64,000 nt of DNA from Candidatus Dormiibacterota bacterium (GTDB lineage: Bacteria > Chloroflexota > Dormibacteria > Aeolococcales > Aeolococcaceae). A program made the position numbers and the translations under genes. Location of the stretch: assembly GCA_036833315.1 (NCBI GenBank), contig DAITPY010000003.1, positions 2,745 through 66,744 of the forward strand, given 5' to 3'. A model generated the notes under the pieces. It worked only from the letters and a program-made list of their open reading frames with translations. It made no database searches and was not told the origin of the DNA. The first letter of the stretch is position 1. Every line of letters begins with the position of its first letter. Of the stretch, positions 17,037-23,256 are shown in pieces.

Positions 17037-17309
17037 TCAGCCGGTGAGGCGCGACATCCCCGACGGGACGTCCTCGCGTGCTTGACACAGCTGCGACAAC
17101 TGCGCCTCGGGGTCGAAGGCTTGCGACGGGAAATCGAATCGGAGTTGGCGCAGCATCGGTATCGGCCGCGACGATGCTCGACGCGCCTGGTTGCGCAAAC
17201 GCTCGTGCCGCTCTGGATCGATGGAGCAGCACTTGATGCTGCAGTACTTCGCCGTTGGCTTGTGCACCGGTTCACCACACCCGACTCGTGCGCAGATCCG
17301 ATGCGTCAT
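17037..17309 (-). CDS. Hypothetical small Cys-rich (zinc-ribbon-like) protein
   Basis: MTHRICARVGCGEPVHKPTAKYCSIKCCSIDPERHERL... Start taken at ATG 17309 (the track starts at 17354); no family recognised. Confidence 0.5.
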   Translation of the reverse strand: MTHRICARVGCGEPVHKPTAKYCSIKCCSIDPERHERLRNQARRASSRPIPMLRQLRFDFPSQAFDPEAQLSQLCQAREDVPSGMSRLTG

Positions 17310-17636
17310 GGAGGTTCGTCCTGAAAGTTTGAACGCGCCCGCCTCCGATACCACCGGAGGAGTGTACGCCGCGCCCCTGACCGTCTGTCAACTGTCTGGT
17401 TGCGTCTGCTTGCGCGCTCGGCGCGACGCGTTTGGCACGCGCCGGGCTGTAGACAATGTGGACAACTCAGTACTTTGATTGCACAGTAAGGCACATGCCT
17501 GTGCGCAACCGGTTTGCTGCGGTGGCGCACACGACGCGGCCATGGTGAGTTGGGAGTTGTGATTGATCATGAGATGTTGTAACGGTCGTGTCACCCACCC
17601 GGTCGCGCATGCTCCGAGTGATGCGGTGGGCGCGTC

Positions 17637-18026
17637 GTGAGCCCGGCGGCACGCGGATCGATGCCCAAGCCGAGCGGCGACAGCGCGGCTGCATTCGCGA
17701 AGCTCGTGCCGGACGATCCCGCGGTGACTGCGCGCCCGATGTTCGGTAACCCGGCGGCGTTCGTCAACGGGAACATGTTCACCGGTCTGTTCGGCGACAA
17801 CCTCTTCGTCCGCGTGTCCGATGACGATGGCGCGCGTCTGCGTGCTGCGGGTGGATCTGACTTCGCACCGATGCCGGGGCGACCGATGAGGGGATACACG
17901 ACTCTTCCGGTCGCGTGGGCGAGCGACGTAAAGGCCACTCGGCGGTGGATCGACCTTGCACTCGAGTGGTCGCGCGCGCTTCCCGCCAAAACCGCTCGCG
18001 CTGGTGAGTCCAGACGAGGACGGTGA
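17637..18026 (+). CDS. TfoX N-terminal domain-containing protein
   Basis: RPMFGNPAAFVNGNMFTGLFGDNLFVRV pattern typical of TfoX_N. GTG 17637 or in-frame ATG 17661 as start. Confidence 0.65.
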   Translation: MSPAARGSMPKPSGDSAAAFAKLVPDDPAVTARPMFGNPAAFVNGNMFTGLFGDNLFVRVSDDDGARLRAAGGSDFAPMPGRPMRGYTTLPVAWASDVKATRRWIDLALEWSRALPAKTARAGESRRGR

Positions 18027-18068
18027 GCGCACGGGCACGCGCGCGACACCTCGCGCGCGGCCGTGCGC
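18027..18068. terminator. Extended GC hairpin between convergent genes (possible bidirectional terminator, no U-tract)
   Basis: Outer GCGCACGG(18027-18034)/CCGTGCGC(18061-18068) and inner GCGCGCGA(18039-18046)/TCGCGCGC(18051-18058), loop CACC. It starts immediately after the tfoX-like stop. Confidence 0.35.
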
Positions 18069-18080
18069 ACTACGACGGTG

Positions 18081-18629
18081 CTATCGAGCTGATCCGGCGG
18101 TCGCGCCCGACGTCGACCCGCTCAGCTCGCGGTCGCCGGCTCCGACCTCGTGCAGCGTGCCGGTGGTCACGTCGTACACAAATCCGCGCACGTTGTCGCG
18201 CAGCGGGATGAACGGGCTTGCCTTGATGCGAGCGATCGACTGGCGGACGTCGTCGGTGGCGTCGGGGAACGCTTCGAGGGAGAACGGCGGGCGGATGCCG
18301 GTGTCCTGTTTGATCTGCGCCTTGACCGCGTCGTCGGTGAAGGTCAGCATGCCGCAGTCGGTGTGATGGATGAGGATGATCTCCTTGGTCCCGAGCAGAC
18401 GCTGCGAGATCACGAGCGAACGGATCGCATCGTCGGTGATCACTCCCCCGGCGTTCCGGATGATGTGAGCGTCGCCGACCTCGAGCCCGAGGATCGCGCT
18501 GACATGGAGGCGAGCGTCCATGCACGCCACCACGGCGACCCCGCGCGCCGGCGGCATCGGCTTGCCGCCTTTGTCGAAGGCTGCCGCGTAGCTCTCATTG
18601 TTCTTGAGCAGTTCATCGGTGACGGTCAT
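18081..18629 (-). CDS. Beta-class carbonic anhydrase
   Basis: VACMDARLHV and IHHTDCGM zinc-ligand motifs. Start trimmed to ATG 18629 (MTVTDELLKNN), with GGAGG 6 nt upstream. Confidence 0.85.
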   Translation of the reverse strand: MTVTDELLKNNESYAAAFDKGGKPMPPARGVAVVACMDARLHVSAILGLEVGDAHIIRNAGGVITDDAIRSLVISQRLLGTKEIILIHHTDCGMLTFTDDAVKAQIKQDTGIRPPFSLEAFPDATDDVRQSIARIKASPFIPLRDNVRGFVYDVTTGTLHEVGAGDRELSGSTSGATAGSAR

Positions 18630-18744
18630 CACAGTCCTCCTTGAGGAAGGGTTGATGGCAGACGTGTGCGCGTACCGAGACAACCATGTCCCGTGGCCGA
18701 GGACGCTAACAAAACCCGACCAGTTCAGTCAAGTTTACGAGCCA

Positions 18745-19773
18745 CTACCCCGCGAGGGTGGCACCTGCTACGTGACGGGCAGGTAGCTGGTCCCCTCCTG
18801 GTAGAGCTCCGGGCTGCCCACCATGCTCCATATGAGGGTCGCCGGCCCCGGCTGCGTCGAGCGGTACGTCGATGTGCATGTCAAGTGTCTCGCTGCCCCC
18901 GGCGGGAATCGTCTTGACGCGTCCGCAGTCCAAGTGGGAAACCTGGAAGGTTCCAACAACTCCTTCGATCTCTTCGTAGAAGGTTGGACATGGGGTGAAC
19001 GTCCACGTGGAGCTCTTTGGAATGCTGTTGCCGAGACGAGAAGCTGGGCTGTTTTCAAGCGTGACCTGGAACTCCAGGCGTTCTCCCGGGTGTGCCGAGG
19101 ATGGCGCGTGGATCGAGGTTTGCGTCAGTGGCGCCGAACCCCCGGTGACCTCGTTGGCGCCCCCGCCGTAGAGCTCCGTGAAGTACGAGGCACCTGCTAC
19201 TGGGCGGGCGATCCCATATCCGCCTGCGGGCCCCGGCGTGGTCACGACATTCCCAAGCGCTGGACCCAGGCCGATGCGCACGTGTTCGAGGGAATGTACA
19301 TAGCACCCATCGATACCAACCGAGCCGGTGGCGGAGCTGAAGTACGGGGGCGCGGGGTCAGCGGCCGGAGCGAGATACACGATATTTCCCGGCCAATTCT
19401 CGCTCTTGGGGATGTCAATCCAACCGCTCGTGGTGTCGAAGGACAGATCGGGAGTCGGTCCGACAAAGCAGGCCTTGATGCCCGTGTCTCGGACGTCGAT
19501 CTCCCACCACATGGTGTTTGGTGATCCCGCCCCGACATATGAAGGGTCCGCGGCCTGAAGACTCACCCGGAGGTCCGATGGCCGGCACGCTGCGACCCCG
19601 GCTATGGTGAATGGGATTGGCCGAGTGGCGACGGTCGGGTCTTGCGATGCCACCGTGTTCGGGAGGAGGGCCGGCCTGACGATTGCCCCGGGCACGGTAC
19701 CGGATGCCTGACCGCACGACGCCGCCGTTGCCAGTACGGCGACGGCCATCAGACGCCAGGCGCCCCGGAGCAT
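18745..19773 (-). CDS. Hypothetical secreted protein / putative lipoprotein
   Basis: 342-aa ORF with signal-like N-terminus MLRGAWRLMAVAVLATAASCGQ; no family recognised. Confidence 0.6.
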   Translation of the reverse strand: MLRGAWRLMAVAVLATAASCGQASGTVPGAIVRPALLPNTVASQDPTVATRPIPFTIAGVAACRPSDLRVSLQAADPSYVGAGSPNTMWWEIDVRDTGIKACFVGPTPDLSFDTTSGWIDIPKSENWPGNIVYLAPAADPAPPYFSSATGSVGIDGCYVHSLEHVRIGLGPALGNVVTTPGPAGGYGIARPVAGASYFTELYGGGANEVTGGSAPLTQTSIHAPSSAHPGERLEFQVTLENSPASRLGNSIPKSSTWTFTPCPTFYEEIEGVVGTFQVSHLDCGRVKTIPAGGSETLDMHIDVPLDAAGAGDPHMEHGGQPGALPGGDQLPARHVAGATLAG

Positions 19774-19885
19774 CGACTCAAGAGTAGTCGCTCGACTTCC
19801 ACCCCACTCGCGCCGTGATGTCGTGCGCTACGTTCCGTGCAATGGAGGCACCAGTCCGCGAGCGCGGAGCGACGATGACCCGGGT

Positions 19886-20326
19886 TCAGGTCGCGCAGCA
19901 AGCGGTGGTCGATTCGGTCGCGGTGGCGCAACAACCACCGGTGCCGGCGTCGATTGTCGCAGCGGGAGCGTCGGCGAGCACCGCGTATACCTCCCATCGC
20001 GTGTCGGCGCCCGCAACCCAGACCTTGTCCTGGAGCGCATGACAGCAGGTGACGCCGTCCTCGACCTCGGTGGACAATCCCTGTGCAGCAAGTCGCCGTG
20101 TGGCAGCAATGACTTCGCCGCTCGAACCGACCTCGACGCCGAGGTGGTTGAGTGTGCCGGCTTGCGCCGGATTCTCGAACAGCACCAGCTTCAAGGGCGG
20201 GTCGGTGACGACGAAATTCGCGTATCCCGACCGTCGTTTGGCGGGCTCGGTCTCGAACAGCTTGGAGTAGAACCCGATTGCCTCGTCGAGATCGGACACA
20301 TTCAGCGCGAGTTGGACCCTTCCCAT
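19886..20326 (-). CDS. arsI: ArsI/CadI family glyoxalase-fold protein (C-As lyase / cadmium-induced protein type)
   Basis: Trimmed to ATG 20326: MGRVQLALNVSDLDEAIGFYSKLF...LNHLGVEV...VTCCHALQDKVWV...RWEVY, with C-terminal GGCCATATESTTACCAT. Divergent from arsR. Confidence 0.85.
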   Translation of the reverse strand: MGRVQLALNVSDLDEAIGFYSKLFETEPAKRRSGYANFVVTDPPLKLVLFENPAQAGTLNHLGVEVGSSGEVIAATRRLAAQGLSTEVEDGVTCCHALQDKVWVAGADTRWEVYAVLADAPAATIDAGTGGCCATATESTTACCAT

Positions 20327-20327
20327 C

Positions 20328-20381
20328 TCAGCAGCAGTCGCAGTCGCACGGGCAGGAACCACAGGGGCAGTCGCAGTCCAT
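20328..20381 (-). CDS. Candidate micro-ORF encoding the 17-aa Cys-rich peptide MDCDCPCGSCPCDCDCC
   Basis: ATG 20381-20379, GGGAG SD (20392-20388) 6 nt upstream, 8 in-frame Cys codons, TGA at 20330-20328 one base before the arsI/cadI ATG. Below the track length cutoff. Confidence 0.45.
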   Translation of the reverse strand: MDCDCPCGSCPCDCDCC

Positions 20382-20391
20382 AGCAGTCTCC

Positions 20392-20413
20392 CATCGATAG
20401 ACGTCGATTGATG
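20392..20413. promoter_or_regulatory. Putative ArsR-family operator (22-bp imperfect palindrome)
   Basis: CATCGATA-GACGTC-GATTGATG. A related perfect 8-bp palindrome CATCGATG lies at 20435-20442, inside the promoter spacer. Confidence 0.45.
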
Positions 20414-20420
20414 AGGCCGA

Positions 20421-20450
20421 ATGGTAGCTCGTGGCATCGATGGTTGTCAA
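20421..20450 (-). promoter_or_regulatory. Putative promoter of the micro-ORF/arsI transcript
   Basis: Minus strand: -35 TTGACA (20450-20445), 18-nt spacer, -10 TACCAT (20426-20421). Confidence 0.45.
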
Positions 20451-20454
20451 TGGG

Positions 20455-20460
20455 TAGAAT
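20455..20460 (+). promoter_or_regulatory. Putative -10 box of a leaderless arsR mRNA
   Basis: TAGAAT ends 6 nt before the arsR ATG (20467); no SD. Confidence 0.4.
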
Positions 20461-20466
20461 CAGCGC

Positions 20467-20832
20467 ATGACCACCAGCGCGAAGGCTGCTCTCGCGACAC
20501 TCCAGGCGTTCGACCGGGTCAAGGGCTGCTGCCAGCCGGTGGCGCCTCCCCTCTCGGATTCGCACGCGGACGAATTGGCGGCGCTCTACAGGGCGCTTGG
20601 CGATCCGACGCGTATCCAGATCATTCACATCCTGGACGCCGCCGCGGATCCGGTGTGCGTGTGCGACTTCACCGCTGCCTTCGATCTCGGCCAGCCGACT
20701 ATCAGCCACCATCTCGCCAAGCTCCGCGAGGCTGGGATCGTGACCAGCTTCAAACGCGGGATCTGGGCGTTCTACCAGCTCAATCCGAACATGTCGGCGG
20801 CGGCGCGCTCCGCCATCCAGCCGGTGCGCTGA
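20467..20832 (+). CDS. arsR: ArsR/SmtB family metal(loid)-responsive transcriptional repressor
   Basis: LGDPTRIQIIHILD, sensing motif VCVCDF, recognition helix QPTISHHLAKLREAGIV. Confidence 0.9.
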   Translation: MTTSAKAALATLQAFDRVKGCCQPVAPPLSDSHADELAALYRALGDPTRIQIIHILDAAADPVCVCDFTAAFDLGQPTISHHLAKLREAGIVTSFKRGIWAFYQLNPNMSAAARSAIQPVR

Positions 20833-21004
20833 CGCGGCGGGAGCAGCTTCAGCGATTGTCCCGCGCGGGGAACATCCAGAGACGTGCCGTCTGAGAGGCG
20901 ACCGAATCACCCTCACGGCCTGTCCGGTCCCCCGCCGGATATCGCCCGCCATCAGACGAAGAACGCACCAGATGATGCAAGGTGAGCGAACGGGGGGTCG
21001 CCGA

Positions 21005-21343
21005 CTACATCCCCGGCATCGAGAGGACTTCGAGAACAGTGATCGAACTGTCCCCGGGCGTTTTCAGGTGAGGATGATCCTCGACGAGCGTTCTGACAGC
21101 GTCCAGCGACTCCCCCTGAAGGATCGAGAACCCGGTGGTATGCGTGTCGGTGCCGCTCTTTGACCCACCACCCACGGACGCTGAGGCTCCCAGTGGGGAA
21201 CCGAGGTCCACGATGGCATCACCGGTTTTGGCGGCCCAGCGTTGCCAATCCTCCATCCCCGCCTGCATCTGCTCCGGTGTCGACGCGGCCATCATCTCGC
21301 CGGCCGGTGTTGAGGATTTGTAAAGCACCAGGAACCGTTTCAT
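21005..21343 (-). CDS. Hypothetical small protein (possibly YciI/DGPF-like alpha+beta fold)
   Basis: MKRFLVLYKSSTPAGEMMAASTPEQMQAGMEDWQRW... Start at ATG 21343 with GGAGG (21356-21352) 8 nt upstream. The family call is tentative. Confidence 0.5.
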   Translation of the reverse strand: MKRFLVLYKSSTPAGEMMAASTPEQMQAGMEDWQRWAAKTGDAIVDLGSPLGASASVGGGSKSGTDTHTTGFSILQGESLDAVRTLVEDHPHLKTPGDSSITVLEVLSMPGM

Positions 21344-21728
21344 GTGAGCCACCTCCTCGGCGATCGAATTCTCGCGTGAAGAATGTACATCCGCGGGTCA
21401 GCCACCTCGCTCACCGGCCCGGCGGACGACAAGCGTGGATGAGTCGTTGTGCCGCAGTGTGATCGACGTCTCGCCCTTGCACACGCGATCCAGGCGCACG
21501 ACCTCCAATGGGTTGACGGGGTAGCGGGCGAGGGAGCGTGCTACACGAAGTCCCTTGGTTCTCGCCATCTTCAGCAGTATTCGGGATCGCTGAGCTCGCT
21601 GTCCCGGAAACGCTGCCTGACCGCTTTGACCCTAGACGTCTGACTGCGGCGGATGCGTCGGGCAGTGCGGTGCGAGGGGCTTAGCCGACCGCCACCGAGG
21701 CATCCGCCATCACGTTTTGCTGTGACGT

Positions 21729-22523
21729 TTAGCTCCCGAGGGTCTGGATCTGCGACTGGGTGAGGGCGACCCGGAAAATCATCACTTCGTCCAGTTGGCC
21801 CACGAACGCAACGGTCCCGTCGACCCCATCACAAGTGCTCACACCGGCCCGCATCGGCGTTCTTTTCGAGATATCAGCGGTTGTTGCAGTCGTGGTCGTC
21901 GCTTGAAGTTGGCCGTCCACATACAGCGATGCCATTGTTGTCTGCCTAGTGACGGCCACCCTGTGCCACGCTCCGTCGTTGACCGCCGCGGTTGAACCCA
22001 AGTTCATGTAGTCTTGGCCGACCGTATTCTGAGCCTCGAAGCTGACCCGCCCGTTGGGCTGCATTCGGAACCCCCAAAAGCTGGTCCCGTCGGAGTCGCA
22101 TTGTGCTCGCTCCTCCCATATGGCCTGTTCTTGGGTTGCCGCGGTCGTCTTGATAGCGAACGCGAACGTGAAGGCACCGGTACCACGGTTGCCGCCATCC
22201 GTGTTGAATACGACTTGATCCGCCGTTCCGCCAAAACTGAACGCCTGGTCGGTTCCATACATACCCGGACCGAAAGTGACTCCGACGAGTGTTCCGTTAT
22301 CCATGCCCACGGAGTCCTCGGCATTCCCCTCGGCTTGCCACCAATAGGTCGGCGACGGCGGCACCGGAGTGGGTGATGGAGTCGGCACGGGCGTTGCGGT
22401 CGGCGCAGGGGTTGAAGTGACCGTCGGCGCGGGGGTCGGGGTCAGCCTCGGAGCAACTGTCGATCCACATGCTGCGAGGCCAAGAGCGGCGATCGCAATG
22501 CCTATGGTGGTTATGCGTTTCAT
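21729..22523 (-). CDS. LamG/concanavalin-A-like lectin domain lipoprotein
   Basis: Start ATG 22523 with GGAGG SD. Lipobox MKRITTIGIAIAALGLAACGS, Pro/Thr linker, then LamG-type core ...AWHRVAVTRQTTMASLYVDGQL...GQLDEVMIFRVALTQSQIQ. Confidence 0.75.
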   Translation of the reverse strand: MKRITTIGIAIAALGLAACGSTVAPRLTPTPAPTVTSTPAPTATPVPTPSPTPVPPSPTYWWQAEGNAEDSVGMDNGTLVGVTFGPGMYGTDQAFSFGGTADQVVFNTDGGNRGTGAFTFAFAIKTTAATQEQAIWEERAQCDSDGTSFWGFRMQPNGRVSFEAQNTVGQDYMNLGSTAAVNDGAWHRVAVTRQTTMASLYVDGQLQATTTTATTADISKRTPMRAGVSTCDGVDGTVAFVGQLDEVMIFRVALTQSQIQTLGS

Positions 22524-22812
22524 GTCTGCCTCCACCCAGTCAACGGCAACACGGCACAACAGTTACATCCGCGCAACTGCGTCAAACGCTCTCTTCATCC
22601 ATCGTACCAAACATCTGTTCGTCCAGGCACGGAACAATGTGGCGGCGTGATAAGTTTTGGCTATATTCGGCAATAACCCCTCGGCGCGGCGGCCAACCGA
22701 GACGAGGCCAGCGTGGTGCGCTGCAATTCAATACCCCTTCGTCGCCCGGACTGATCAGGGGTTCAACGCAGTCGGCAGGATGCTAGGTCCGGCTGGTTGT
22801 ATTCAAAGCCAA

Positions 22813-22889
22813 TGGTGGGCGCAATAGGGATCGAACCTATGACCTCTGCGATGTCAACGCAGCGCTCGTACCAACTGAGCTATGCGCCC
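22813..22889 (-). tRNA. tRNA-Val (anticodon GAC), CCA encoded
   Basis: Reverse complement is GGGCGCAUAGCUCAGUUGGUACGAGCGCUGCGUUGACAUCGCAGAGGUCAUAGGUUCGAUCCCUAUUGCGCCCACCA. Folds by hand into a cloverleaf: 7-bp acceptor, CUGCG/CGCAG anticodon stem, loop UUGACAU, T-loop UUCGAUC. Confidence 0.95.
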
Positions 22890-22956
22890 CTGGCTCGCAC
22901 CTGGCAAGCGTGAGCGCCGTCGATGATACCAGCGGGTCGGCGCGACTCCCCGACAG

Positions 22957-23148
22957 TCAGACCCAGGCGACCGGCTTGGTCTGCCTGCCAGTGGACAGCT
23001 GCGCTGCCTGGAGATCGTCCAAGGTCACCTCGACCCGGAGCACCCCTTCGCAGCTGTGGCAGACGAGATTGAACGACTCGGGATGCACGATCTGCCGGGC
23101 TATCGCCTGTCGGTGCCCGCAGCACTCGCACGTCACAACCGCTCGCAT
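22957..23148 (-). CDS. Hypothetical small zinc-ribbon protein
   Basis: MRAVVTCECCGHRQAIARQIVHPESFNLVCHSCEGVLRVEV... (CxxC ... CxxC). Start trimmed to ATG 23148. Confidence 0.5.
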   Translation of the reverse strand: MRAVVTCECCGHRQAIARQIVHPESFNLVCHSCEGVLRVEVTLDDLQAAQLSTGRQTKPVAWV

Positions 23149-23256
23149 CTTCTCTCCGCCACGCCCGCAAATCGGGCTGAAGGCTTCGGAGCTTCGCACT
23201 CGGCCCCGTTGGCGCCGGGCATTACACGGGTTCGCGACACCGCCGTTGCAGCGCCG

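Noticed and set aside
20409-20424. Hammerhead-like TGATGAGGCCGAATGG in the arsR/arsI spacer.
   Set aside because: The GAAA segment after stem II and a cleavage-site helix are absent. The string is part of the operator palindrome and its flank.
22813-22889. tRNA-Val as attachment site of an integrative element.
   Set aside because: There is no integrase or excisionase gene, and I found no direct repeat of the tRNA 3' half in 17.0-22.8 kb. It is kept only as a weak old-island hypothesis.
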